Below are positions 25,715 to 39,289 of a DNA stretch of 64,000 nt, in pieces; the stretch's first letter is position 1, and each line of letters starts with the position of its first letter. The stretch is from Octopus vulgaris (Eukaryota). The stretch spans positions 98,952,001-99,016,000 of the forward strand of contig OX597818.1 in the NCBI GenBank assembly GCA_951406725.2, given 5' to 3'. Made by a program: the position numbers and the translations under genes. A model generated the notes under the pieces. That model was given only the letters and a program-made list of their open reading frames with translations, made no database searches and had not been told where the DNA came from.

Positions 25715-26555
25715 AGATGAAGATGGTACACAGCAAAAATGATCAAGCATTAGACAAAAGGCCTAGTGCATATCTGGTTATGTCCCTTTATGTTCTGAGT
25801 TGGAATCTTGCCAAGATCAACTTGGCCATATATATTTTTGGAACTGATAAAATAACTACCAGCCAATACTATACCATAATTTGATTAGACTCTCTTCTCA
25901 AAAATATGTAGCTTGTACCTAAATCAGAAGAAAGCATTACTCCTCCTCCTACTACTACTACAACCACTACCACCACCACCACTACTCAGGGTGGTTGATT
26001 GGCAGAATAATTAGGGTACTGGACAAAATGATTTATGGTATTTCTTCCAGCTCTTTATATACTGAGTTCAAATACCAAGGCAAGTATTGCCACTCATCCA
26101 TTCAGGGTCAATAAAATGATGTACCACTCAACTACTGGGAGGTAATTAACTGACCACTGAGGTCGACTTTGCCTTTCATCCTTTCGAGGTCGATAAATTA
26201 AGTATCAGTTACGCACTGGGGTCGATGTAATCGACTTAATACCTATGTCTGTCCTTGTTTGTCCCCTGTGTTTAGCCCCTTGTGGGTAATAAAGAAATAG
26301 GTAATTAACTGACAACTTCCCCAAAATCACCAGCCATTTAAGGGTGGCAAGCTGGCAGAACTGTTGGCATGCTGGACAAAATGCTTAGTAGCAATATGTA
26401 TTTTCATTCAGGGCTCAAATTCTACTGACATCAACTTTAGCCTTCATCCTTTTGGGATCAATAAAATAAGTAACAGTTAAGTACTGGAATCAATGTAACT
26501 GACTTCTCCCTCCCCTCAAAAACTGCTGGCCCTCTACCAAAATTTGAAAACCATT
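25715..26555 (+). mobile_element. Cluster of at least three tandem family-B SINEs with a nested younger SINE fragment (26155-26298)
   Basis: Repeated gagttcaaa...ctttgcc...tcaataaaata motifs. The nested copy is flanked by the 15-bp TSD AGGTAATTAACTGAC (26140-26154, 26299-26313). Confidence 0.8.
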
Positions 26556-26742
26556 ATTGTTATCATTTATTTTGTTTATATCAAACAATACAATGGCTAA
26601 GTAAGTTATTAACAGTACTAAGGACATTTGAGTTGTGAGTTCACATCATAGCTGCAAACAATACATGTAATCTAGGGAATGGCATGTCAAACCTTATCCT
26701 TATTTTATAAACTTTTATTACTACTACTACTACTACTACTAT

Positions 26743-26775
<33 letters not shown>

Positions 26776-27000
26776 AACTACTACTACTACTACTTCTACT
26801 ACAGCTGCTGTTAGAAAGTGGTTGAGAACAAATCAAAATGCCATAAAGTATTTTAGTAGGCAAAACTTTGGGCTTATATCCTACAAGGGTTGACTTTGTA
26901 ATTAATATTTCCTGTAGTCAAGTACTGGGTTTGATTATAATTTCCCACATTTGTGTTCTGTGCCTATGTTGATAATAATAAAATCATTATTATTACCATC

Positions 27001-27541
27001 GAGTGAGAGAGCAGCACACACCATCAAAGGGATGCTGGGGTACAAATATACAAAGTCCAATATATCCATCATGACTACCTATCTGATAAGGACACACAGG
27101 ACACATGCATCTCAAACATAAGTGTGACATGATGACTTTGTATCAAGATAAACAGTGCATGACCTTGCAGGTGGAGTCCACTTACAACTTTCTTCAGGTT
27201 GAATAGCCCATTCTTCTCAAAAGGTCCTTGAATAAGGGTTAAGGATGATGAACAAAACACCCGTGTTTCCAAGGATGAATTATTTAAACCCTAAAGAATC
27301 TGTCTCAACACATGGCTATGATGTTCCCTCACTACTCCTACTCATGATCAGAGATGCATATATCATCAACCATTAAATGACATGCTCAACTGGTTATAGT
27401 CAAGTAACTTGTAAGCAAACCTGCAATACTGAGCAGAATATTTGCTGTAACCCATCTTTTATATCAAGACAAAACATGTACATGTTAACACTACCAAACA
27501 GTTAAGATAAGAAGCCATGAAAGCCACTGCTTAGTATTGCA
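27001..27541 (-). mobile_element. ~545-bp non-coding interspersed element, copy 1, in an (ATT)n tract
   Basis: End-to-end similarity with 27615-28160 and the reverse complement of 52385-52882. Orientation is assigned by the (TAA)n strand. Confidence 0.8.
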
Positions 27542-27544
27542 TGC

Positions 27545-27614
<70 letters not shown>

Positions 27615-28160
27615 GAGTGAGAGAGCAGTTTATGCCATCAAAGTGACACTGGGGTAAAATATACGAAGCCCAATATACCCATCATGACTACCCGTCTGAT
27701 AAGGGTACCCCAGGCACATGCATCACAACCATATGTGCGCGACATGGTGATCTCATATCAAGATAAACAGCACATGACCTTGCAGGTGGGGCCCTGTTAG
27801 AATTTACTTCAGGTTGAGTAGCCCATCCCGCTCAAAAGGTCCCTGAATAAGGGTTGTTTAAGGATGTTGAAAGAACCACCCATGTTTCCAGAGATGAATT
27901 ATTCAAACCCCAAAGAATCCCTCTCAACACATGGCTATGATGCTCCCCCACTACTTCTGCTCATGATCAGAGATGCACATATCGTCAGCCACTAAGGGAC
28001 ATGCTCAACTGGTTATGGTCAAACAACTGACATGCAAATCTGTGGTATTGAGCAGAATATTTGCTGTAGCCCATCTTTTATACCAAGACAAAACAATGTA
28101 CATGATAACACTTCTAATCAGTTAAGATCAGAAGCCATGAGAGCCACTGCCTGGTACTGC
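27615..28160 (-). mobile_element. ~545-bp non-coding interspersed element, copy 2 (tandem, least diverged)
   Basis: gagtgagagagcag...gagagccactgcctggtactgc; (ATT)n on both sides. Confidence 0.85.
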
Positions 28161-28184
28161 TTGTTATTATTATTATTATTATTA

Positions 28185-28395
28185 AGGTGGCAAGCTGGCA
28201 GAATTGTTAGCATGCCGGGTGAAAATACTCATGGTATTTTGTCTGTCATTATGTTCTGAGTTCAAATTCCACTGAGATCAACTTTGCCTTTCATCCTTTC
28301 AGGGTCAATAAAATAAGTGTCAGTTGAGTACTGGGTCAATGTAATAGACTATTCCTTCCCCCAAAATTTCAGGCCTTGTGCCTATAGTAGAAAGA

Positions 28396-28430
<35 letters not shown>

Positions 28431-28555
28431 GCTGAGTTCAAATCCCACGATATTGGGGTCAATAAAATAAGTGTCAGTCAAGTATTGTAGTTGATGTAAT
28501 TGACTTCCCCATCCTCTTAATAACTGCTGGCCCTGTGCCAAAATTTGAAATCAAT
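28185..28555 (+). mobile_element. Two tandem family-B SINEs separated by (ATT)n
   Basis: Head ggtggcaagctggcagaattgttagcatgcc...ctgagttcaaattcc and tail ggccttgtgcctatagtagaaag(att)n. Confidence 0.8.
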
Positions 28556-29849
28556 ATTATCATTATTGCTATTATTAAACTAATTGAGAGTGATATTTTG
28601 GTAGGAAGAATAAAGTGCTGAATTAAATATCTTACTGCAGTTTTACTGCATTTTATTCAAGATTTATATCTCAAAAGAATCTTTGACTTTAGTTATCCTA
28701 CCTCTGGAAATCAATAAGTATTAATAATATACTAATATCCATTCAAGCAACTATACTCACATCTCTAAGAAAGGATCATCTTGTGACTAAAGTAATTATC
28801 ATTTTATATACCATATCTATTATTAATATTATTATTATTATGATTATCATCACCATCATCATCATCATCAAAATTCTCATTATTTTATCATCATCATCAT
28901 CAGCATCATTCAAATAATTTTATTTAATTTTACACACAGATATTTGAAATAATATTCTTATTTTGAATAATCTGAGGAAAGTTGAATGTTTCTTTTCTGC
29001 CCCCAAACAAAAGATTCAAAATTCTGTTCACAGCAGTGAGTTCTGTATTATCCCTCCCATGTGTGTGTATGTGTGTGTGTGCGGGAGAGAGAGAATGTGT
29101 GTTTGTGTGTATATGTGTGTGTGAGAGAGAGAGAGAGAGAATGTGAGTTTGTATGTGTGTGTGTATGTACACATAGACACTCTCAAATTATGAATTACTA
29201 TACATTTCAACACATAATGTGATGTTAAAACCAAAGAATGACAAAAATGATAGAGTCACAGCTTGCAGCATTAATTAGATGTCAATCAACCACCCAAATA
29301 ATTAACAGTCCATATTCTGTTACTCGTTCTTAATAATCCAGTCCATTTAGCTGAAAATATTAAATTGAAATGCATGTAACTGATGTGAGAAGCAGGAGCA
29401 GTTTGTAACTGATGGTTTTATTAACTTGCTGTGAGAGGAATGGATTCTACAAGAATGCTTTTTCTTCAATACTCTAAATGAAGACATGTTTCTTAATGAT
29501 ACAATTAAGTATGGATATCACTGAAAATGTCATACAAGCATGAACTATGTTGGAATGAGGACATGGCAAACAATTGATGATTTGCTTTGTTGTGTTGTGA
29601 ATATGTTGAAGTCACAAAATGACTCGTAACTGCAACATGAGGCCACACATTTTGGGCTAGAGGTGAAGTTAATGTAACCAGCACTCATGATGACTGGTAC
29701 TTATTTTAACACCCCAAAAGGATAAAAAGCAAAGTTGAGTTTGGCAAGATTTTAAATCAAAGCATAGAAAGTCATAACACTAAAGGGAATCTTACCATGT
29801 ACTCTTTCACTCTGCCATTCATCATACTCAGGCTCCAAATAGTAGCAAA

Positions 29850-30200
29850 CTCTTTACACAACTCAAGAGAAGCTCACATTGAAATATTTTTCCTGCATCA
29901 GGGATGCTGCTGCTGCAGCAAACACAGATATGCTAGACCGTATCCAGAAAAAGGCCATCTAGATCATCTGTTTCTTTTCTCACTATGCCTTTTCTACTAC
30001 TACTATAGTGGACTTTAAATTTTGGAGCAGGTGGTTCTCATGCTACTGCCATTAAGATGAGCTCGTTTTGTTCCCAATACTGTGTCTACTTTAGGCTCTC
30101 ATACTATAACCTTAAATTCATTCATTTCAGAATATCAACTTTCCGGAATCCAGCACCTGCCCATATTTTTCCTCACAGTATGTGACTTGGTATTGTTCAC
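29850..30200 (+). mobile_element. Degenerate CR1/L2-group LINE 3' fragment
   Basis: Peptide remnants TDMLDRIQKKAI and SLCLFYYYYSG resemble LLDR.Q.KAIRLI and SL.LFYRY..G. Confidence 0.55.
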
Positions 30201-32371
30201 AAACATCAACTTCACCAGTTTCAGAGGCCTGCAAAAGCCATAGATACAACCTCTTCATCTAGACTCATCCGCTAAAGAATAAAAAAACCTTTTCAATTTA
30301 ATGGTAACAACTTTAAAGAGTAAATGAACTGAAATAATAACAATCCAGATCGATTCTAATTTTGAAATTACCTCTTTATCATTTCATTATTAATTAGGAT
30401 ATTAGCAAGGATATTAAATAATAATCATTGAAGTTAAGTTTCTCACTAATTATAGATCAAGCTTATTTGTGTTTTTGTATGTGCATTTATGTGCATATAT
30501 GAGTGTGTTAGCTTTCTTTTGATAACTGTGAAAATATGTGCTCATATATGTAATACTAGATGTGAAGTGTTGATAAAGTTTTGATAGGATACAATCACTC
30601 AAAAGTCACCAGAGAATAATCTCTGAAACAAATATACATAAATATGCATATACATACACATACATGCATATACATATACACACACTGGGACACCTATAAC
30701 AGAACAACACTTCCTTGTAAAATACAGTAATAGGACAATGAAAAAAAGTTTTTTCTTAAATTAAATCAAAAATAAATTATTATAAATTCATTTTACAGCT
30801 AGATATGAGACCAGTGGCTATACCAAAACTGACAAGGTGGAATAACTGAGTTTCTTGAGTAGAATTTAAGTAAGAGAAATAAAAATTACATTGTGAAAGT
30901 AAAGAAATCCCTTGAAGACAGACTACTTATGTCTTAAAATTATGCTACTCTCAAGTGTTTCTATGAGGTTTTATTTACTCATGGAGGGAGTGGGGCATTC
31001 AGATATACCGACTTTATTTGTAAAAAGTAAATCTTCCAATAATATATATTTAGTATCTTTCAGTAGAGTAACTGCTACCTAATTATATATGTTATGCAAT
31101 AATATATGTTAAATAATAGAAATCATGTGGACTAAATCCACTTGCTGAGAATCATACAGGCCATTACAAATTCTTCAGCATCATATACAGATAGAAGCAA
31201 TATTAATTTTGAGTTGGTTAGGCAGTATATTGGTGAAGTATTGAGTGAGAAAATTAAGTCTTGTATATATATATTACATGAACAAAATAAGCTTGAGAAG
31301 ATAATAACCTAAAAGGTTAATAACTAAAAGGCTAACATGTTTGTATGAATTAAAGAGCACTGCACTATAAGTAAATATATACTACTTTGCAGTAAAATTT
31401 ACTGGTGTAGGCACTAATGAAACTGTAACTTAAAGGGCATTTATTAACTGATAATAATGAGCACAAAAATATTTTCATGAGCCTGAAGGAAGATGTAATA
31501 GAAAGCCCCTCTAATGTAGCACAAAATCAAGTGGATCATTGGAAATTAAAATTACAAAGATTTTTCTTAAAACTAGGAAGGAATTTAACTTGATTTTAAT
31601 GCAGTATGTTACTTCTAAAAAAGAGGAGAACATCATAAGTTCATAGAGTAAAATTTTATTGCCTTGACTGGAAAGTTCAATATCTCACAGTGAAGAACTG
31701 AATTGAAAACAAAATAACTGAGTAATAGGAGTATAAACCTTCTAAATTTCACCCTATCTCTCTCTCTCACTCTCACACACACACACTCTCTCTCTCTACA
31801 CACACACACACATCTAATTACTCCAAGCTAAAATATATATTTGAAAGAATTAAATGTAGTTATTCCAGTTTATAAGAAATCATAAAATGTCTCATAGGAA
31901 TTAGTTAATGAGTTATTCTATCGTTTTTAAGTTGATTTAGGAATGTATTTCAAAAGGATTGAAGAAATAGTCAAATAACAGATCATAAAATAAATATAAA
32001 CTTTTAAGCTATTTTTCTCAGAGAATCTTGTTAACAGTAACTAACATTGGTATCAACATGCATCCATATCTTAAGCTTCTCCCAGTTTCCACTTTATAAA
32101 ATTCCTACAATAAACCAGAATACTCAAAATTACTATCAACAAAAGGGTACTAGGCTATCTCAGATGCAACTGCCACTAAAACCTGTTTAAATGTAAAAAC
32201 AGGCCAAATAGCAAATTAAATGTAATATACACAGATTGCCTTATTTAGAATTTTAGATAACTAAAAACTGGTTTATGAAATTCTACATTCTACCATGTAG
32301 TATTTGGATATCTTTTAATCATAAGTATAGATAATATAATTTTGTAATTTATTTTGGGAAAATTTCAGAAT

Positions 32372-32415
<44 letters not shown>

Positions 32416-32418
<3 letters not shown>

Positions 32419-32600
32419 GCCATGATAGATTGCTAGCCACTACACATTCTTTATTTTCTCTCCTTCTTTCTTTCTGTGGAAGAGCGTAGGGTCAAAATGT
32501 TAAAGACTTTATTTATTTCCTGAGCATTATACTAATATATCTGTTTGTTGTCTACAACACCCATCTTTGTCTTTTAATTTTTTTTGTGAATTCTTCCCCT
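32416..32600 (+). mobile_element. Short Penelope-type pLTR fragment in (TA)n with a dead hammerhead remnant
   Basis: tcttt CTGTGGA AGAGCGTAGGGTC AAAATGTTA AAGA (32469-32506) has hammerhead topology, with stem I tcttt/aaaga but a mutated core; (TA)n on both flanks. Confidence 0.45.
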
Positions 32601-34329
32601 ATATATATACATATATATATATATAAAAGTAACACAATGTCTTCTGAACATAAACTTTGTAACTTTGTATCACCCCCATTAGTAGTAAGATAATCAAATG
32701 CTAAATCTGCAGGTAGCTTTGCTCATTTCTACATGCCTTATTTTGTTATATCTTTTCTTTCATTTCTAGCACCATGCTAAAAAAAAATGTAACAAAAACT
32801 TGGATAATGGATAGGTAAAACAATATTCTTTAATGAAGGGAGATAAAAAATTAAAGAAAAGTAAAATAAAAATAAAAATGGATGGATGAAAAATATGAGC
32901 AAAAATATGAGCCAAAACATTATTTAAAATTAAAATGTTGACATCAAATGCATTTTTTTTTTTTTTTTTTTGCATGTGAAGATACCAAACATGTATCAAA
33001 AACATAGAAGGTGATTCGATGTTAATCAAAACCTCCATTATATGCATTAATATTACTTTTAACAATGCTTAAATAACAACAACAACAGTAACACCAACAA
33101 CAATAACAACATCAGCAAAACATGAACAATAAGAACAGTAAAGAAAAGAAGAAAGAAAGGAAGATTACAAACATTTAATAGACAAACAGTTCATTATTTT
33201 AATTGCTTTATTCATAGCTTAGTTTTTTTTTTGCTTATATATTTTATCATTTAAAAAAATTTTTATCAATTAATTTTTTTTTTTTCTAGTTTTCTTTTAA
33301 AATCATTGCAACATTCTAGCAATCCTTTTCACAACCCTAGTGATACATAGATCACCAAAGATTGCTGCACTGCATGTATTGCATTAAAGTATGAAGTGCA
33401 GTATGCTGTTATTTTCTATTACTTTTACTGTTTTGGATCCATTAGTTCCTAATCAATTTTGGTATTTCAAAATCTAGGCATTTATATAGTGCTGGAGTAA
33501 ATTACTTTTTCATTTCTAAGCCTGTTCTATTACTAAGCACTCAACCTTAAATGAAAATGCATAAAAGCTGTCATTCACATGGCTGAAAAAAGAAGTATGG
33601 CCCTTCTAAAGGGACCTCTAGGTTTGAATGTGTGACTAATTGACCAGCTTAGTTTCGTAATCACACACTTGTAATAACTCTGATTAGCAGTTTTAATTTC
33701 AAGAGTTTTGAGGAAAAAATTGCAGTAAAATAAAAGGAGAAAATGTGTTGAAACATAGATAAAAAGAACATTATGAAATAGGAAGAATGTACCTTAGAAT
33801 TGCTAATGTTTTACAGCTTAGTACACAGATGGATTTGTGTCAGTCATAATTACTTCAATAAAGTTCACAAAAAGGAACGTGTGCCCCATGAGGAAAGAAT
33901 TTTAATGCTCCACATAGGAAAATTTGATATTAGCTAGTCAACATGTTGCTACACTGAATTACAGGAAGTGATAGAGTAGAGTAAGAATGGATTTTATTTA
34001 TTAAAGTCTAAACTGTATCTGTACTTTGCTCAACTGGTCATGTTTAGTGGATTTAATTCATAATCTGAAATTATATTTTCTCCAAGTCATATTATGAAAA
34101 CATTACTCTGATCCTACCCTAAGTTTCTCCATCAAACAATGCACGTGTATGAGCACATTCATTTAATTTTCCATGCTGCCATGAGTTAAGAGGGTGAGTA
34201 GCCTAAGGCACAATTTTACAGTTGAAAGCTCTGCCTGGCACCAAAGCATACCTGCTTTTAAAGTAATTGATTATATATATAATGTACACATACATGTTTA
34301 TACATATATATAAACAATCATATGCACAC

Positions 34330-34502
34330 ATGTATGTATGTATGTATGTATGTATGTATGTATGTGTGTATGTATGTATGTATGTATGCATGTATGTATG
34401 TATGTATGCATGCATGCATGCATGTATGTATGTATGTATGTATGTATGTATGTATGTATGTATGTATGTATGTATGTATGTATGTATGTATGTATGTATG
34501 TA
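34330..34502. repeat. (TATG)n microsatellite followed by a degenerate family-A SINE head (34530-34665)
   Basis: Direct reading; the head ggcacaggatggctgtgtg...gagtgtcttctactatagc...ccaaagcctcgtgagt matches family A. Confidence 0.85.
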
Positions 34503-35815
34503 TATACACACACACATATAATATTTCAAGGCACAGGATGGCTGTGTGCTTCAGAAGCTTGCTTCCTAACAATGCAGCACCTTGGATGAGTGTCTTCTAC
34601 TATAGCACAAGGGTAACCAAAGCCTCGTGAGTAAGTTTGGGAAATGGAAACTGATAGAAGCCCATATATATATATATATATATATAAAATATTTATATGA
34701 TGTGTGTATTATATACAAGTATATATATAACAAAGATATTTGTATAAGTATATATGTAATATATATGCATATATGAATATGTATATGGCCAAATCAATTC
34801 TGTACAAGACTATTTGAGAATATAATGCTTTCAAACCTGTCACTGGTGTTGCATGCATCAATAAAGTACATAACTCTTGGTAACTAAATTCCCCAAGATC
34901 TAAATATAGTTACTCCTATTGGTAAAAACATCACTGTAAGCAAAGGTTCTTAACGAGAGTGGTACCGTCTACAAGGGTGGCACTTATTTATTTACTGGCA
35001 TTTATTTATTTTTGACTGTTGATGAATAATGGGCAAAACTGGATAATCATAGTAAAGTCATGATAGCTATTTAAATCACATATATGCAGTTATATTTACA
35101 ATGACACAAAACTGAATATAACAATGAAGCAAAATTGAATATAACTGCATACATTTTTTTAAATGTTTATCATGACACTATCTTGACACAACAATTAACA
35201 TTTTAGATGTAAGTGTTGCCCAAACAATCACGTACTGTATTACAGTCTAGTATACAACAGGAATAATTTAAATGGGTAGACTGGTTGTAAATTTCTACTA
35301 TATCGCTCTTTATAACCAGTTGTTAATTACTTATGCGTAAATTGCTTCACAATTTGCAAAATCTTTATAAAATGCTTTGTAATAAGCAATAATTAAAAGC
35401 CGTTTCTGAAGAATATATTTGTTTGGTTAAATTTTTTTTCTTAAAATTTAGATTGTAAAATTCTTGTAAAATCCAATCCTTTCCCAGTGACATTAACAGA
35501 ATAGTTGAAGATAATTAACATAAACTGTGAATAAAGCTCAATTTACCAAAACAATACCACATGCTTTACAGTGTTCACTGCACTTAATATTTCTAAAACT
35601 AATTGTGATGATAGTAAGGATATGTAGTCTGTGTTTTGCAGTAAAAATACAGAACTTCAAGTGACTCGGTTTATCTGTTTATATATATATTTTTACAGTT
35701 CCAAATGCTTTTTACTCCCATTCCATTTTCTTTCTTCGTTAATAACTAATAATAATGATGATGGTGATGATGATAGTGATAATGTTGATGGTGGTGGTGG
35801 TGGTGGTGATAGTAA

Positions 35816-35851
<36 letters not shown>

Positions 35852-36736
35852 GGATATAAGAGGTATCATATACTTTGAAATAAACTGAAAGAAGTCAAAA
35901 TAGAAGTAATACCATAAGAAAGCACTTCTCTCCTTTCGAGGGGAAGAAAGTAATATTGCCAGAAACCTTAAGAAAATCTTTATGTAAATGAACAGAGTGA
36001 CATTAAGAAACTGATACACAAGAGACAAGATTAACTGAATGAGTGAGTGAGAGAGAAAGAGAGAGAGGTACTTTTAGTAAGTTTGTAATGTAATCGTTAT
36101 TATTGGTACTAAATTTCATACTGTTTATTTAATGTTTTGTATCATTTGTGTAAATACTTTGTGACTGTTGTATAAATATGCAAGATACATCTTCAAGATA
36201 TAATATCCACAAAATATGTTGCATAAAAGCACCCAATACAAGCATTACTTAACAGGTATTATGACAATTACACAAAGAAGTAGACGTGAAAACATGCTGA
36301 TGGTGTTGTTAAATGTTAATACAAGTGGTAGTATCACACTGCCACAGAAGCCCATAGTTTCAGAATAACAATTGCTTTTCGTTTTTTCCTTTTATTTTTG
36401 AAGGGGAGTATATGATGTGTCATTCTCTTTTGGATAGCTTATATCAGTCTGACTCAGAGGCGAAAACCTGCACTTTTACTTTTAATGCCAAGTGATTAGC
36501 AAAAGAGTGCAATAATGATAACAACAATAGAAATAGTAATTCAAAATTAGAAGTTAGATGATCCTTAAACACGATATTTTCTAAACAGGCCAAATGACTA
36601 TGAAATGAAATTTAGAAGCAAAGCCATACATCCATTTCTTTAGTACATTACCTAATTAACAAAACCACCTAATAATGAGTTATAACACAGGTATTAAGAC
36701 ATAATAATAATAACAATAATAATAATAACAATAATA

Positions 36737-37668
36737 ATTCTTTCTACTAAAGGCACAAGGCCTGAAATTTTGTGGTAAGGTTTAGTTGATTGCTAGGATC
36801 CCAATACTTGACTGGCACTTATTTTATCAATCATGCCTTGAGAGCATTTGAACTCAGGACATACAGAGCTTGAAGAAATGCTGCTAAATATTGTTTGATG
36901 TGCTAATGATCCTGCTAGTTCACCACTCTAAAGGTTGAAAAGTTGGCACAAGGCCTGCAGTTGATGGAATTTAGTCAATTACAACAACCCTAGTATTTGA
37001 CTGATACTCTAGTTATCAGCCCTAGAAGGTTGAAAGATAGAGTTGACCTCAGCGGGATTTGAACATAGAACATAGAAATGGAAGAAATGCCACTAAGCAT
37101 TTTGTCTGATGTGCTAACAATCCTTCCAGCTTACCACTTAAATAATGATAACGATAATTCTTTCTACTACAGGCACAAGGCCTGAAATTTTTTGGGAAGA
37201 GTTGAGTTAATTACATCAACCCTAATACACAACTGGTACTTAATTTATTGATCGTGAGAGGATGAAAGGCAAAGTTGACCTTCGATGCATTTCAACTCAG
37301 AATGTAAGCATGGATGAAACGCTACTAAGCATTTTTCCAGTGTGCTAACAATTCTGCCAGCTCACCACCTTAATAATAATTTCAAATTTTGGCAAAAGGC
37401 CAGCAATTTTAAGGGAGAGGGCAAGTTGATAACACTGACTCCAGTGCTTAACTGGTAATTATTTTATCTATCGTCTAAGAAAAGGATGAAAGGCAAAGTG
37501 ACCTTGGGGGAATCTGAACTCAGAACGTAAAGATTGACACAATGCTTAGTGGCATTCAAAATGCTTAAATCATCTTGTTGCCTTAATAATAATGATAATA
37601 GTAATTTTAAATTTAGGCACAATGCCAGCAATTTTGGGGGAGGGGTAAGTCAATTACATTGATGCAAA

Positions 37669-37720
<52 letters not shown>

Positions 37721-38137
37721 TGAGTGGACAAACAAAAGAAAGAGTCAATGAACACATTTATTAGGAGTTACATGAATTATTATTTAAACAGTTTGATACA
37801 GCTAAATGAAACTTCGTTTCATAGGTTCATCGCAGGGACCTAGCTAATTGGACTCTACTTGACAAGCTTATGAAACTTTCAAGTTGCATAGGGTTGAATC
37901 CAACTGATTTAAATAACAGTAATACTTTCTACTAAAAGCACAAGGCCTGGCATTTTGGGAGAGGGGACTAGTTGATTACATCAACCCCAGTGTTTCACTG
38001 GTACTTAGTTTATTGACCCCGAAAGGATGAAAGGCAAAGTTGATCCCAGCAGAATTTGAGCTCAGAACGTAAAAACAGATGAACTGCCGCTGAGCATTTT
38101 GCCTGGGATGCTAATGATTCTGCAAGCTTGCTGTCTT
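36737..38137 (-). mobile_element. Head-to-tail array of about five or six family-B SINEs
   Basis: Repeated ttctttctact..aggcacaaggcctgaaattt...gaaaggcaaagttgacc...gaactcag units separated by (AAT)n. Confidence 0.8.
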
Positions 38138-38154
38138 ATAACAACAACAACAAC

Positions 38155-38185
<31 letters not shown>

Positions 38186-38657
38186 TATACATATACATAT
38201 ACACACACACATCAACTTAGCTATGTCTTGTCCTGTATTGGCCCAGGCCAATCATAGCTTTAATAGGCAGTACTGTTAAGTCAGGAATAGGTCATGTTTT
38301 GTGTTAACATAACCCTAACTCATTGAAGCAGAGAGTTTTGTTGGTGAGAACATATTTGGGTATCAATAGTTTGTAAAATTTTGCCTTGAAATCACTTACC
38401 ATCCAAGCCATACAAGAATGCAAAAACAGATGTTAAATGAATAAATCAATGGTCCTGACAAAATAGAATTTTGGAGTATTCTCAATGCAGCAGGTGACAC
38501 CCATTTCTGGTTATCTAGATTCTCATGTAGGAACTTTGAAAAGGTTGCAATGCCTATTGGTACCGAAACCCTGGGCACTTCATTGATAAACCAGTGTTTG
38601 TTTTCTTTTTTAGTTTTATCTTTAATTTGATTATCAATCTTCTTATCATCATTATTT

Positions 38658-39078
38658 AAGGTAGCAAGCTGGAGAAAATGTTTAGTGGTGTGTTGTCCAT
38701 CCTTAAGGTTTGATTTCAAATTCCACAGAGGTCATCTTTGCCTTTAATCCTTTCAGAGTGGATAAAATAAGTACCATTTCGGTACTGGGGTCTAAGGAAT
38801 TGACTAACACCTTCCCCAAAATTTTGGGCCTTGTGTCAATAATAGAAAGGATTTTTATTATTATTAAGGAAGTAAACTGGCAGAATCATTAGCATGCCCG
38901 ACAAAATGCTGAGTGGCCTTTTGTCCATCTTAATATTCTGAGTTCAAATTCCACCAAGGCTGACTTTGCTTTTCATCCTTTCAGGAGCGATAAAATAAGT
39001 ACCAGTTGAGCACCGGGATAGATGCAATCAACTTACCTCTCCCCCAAATTTACTGATCTTGTATCAAAATTTGAAACT
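38658..39078 (+). mobile_element. Two tandem family-B SINEs, inverted relative to the 36.7-38.1 kb array
   Basis: Same motifs on the plus strand. Confidence 0.8.
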
Positions 39079-39289
39079 ATTATTATTATTATTATTATTA
39101 TTGTTATGGCATGGTAAGATATCAAATGTCAAAATTTCAGGAAAATGTGATATTTCCAGTATTGAAAGCATGCTATTAGGAATTCAGTGTAGATGAGCAA
39201 GATATGTCGTTGAATGCAAGATGACTGCATTCCAAAAATTCTTTTATATTGCCAACAAGATTCTGCAATAAAGGATTTATTGTTGCTTC

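Noticed and set aside
37780-37916. Short imperfect inverted repeat after (TA)n
   Set aside because: The arms are only ~45 nt and heavily mismatched, with no ribozyme core; probably a decayed fold-back fragment.
38396-38719. 107-aa ORF with natural-looking composition
   Set aside because: The N-terminal part is SINE-derived, no domain is recognisable, and no in-frame splice context links it to the gene.
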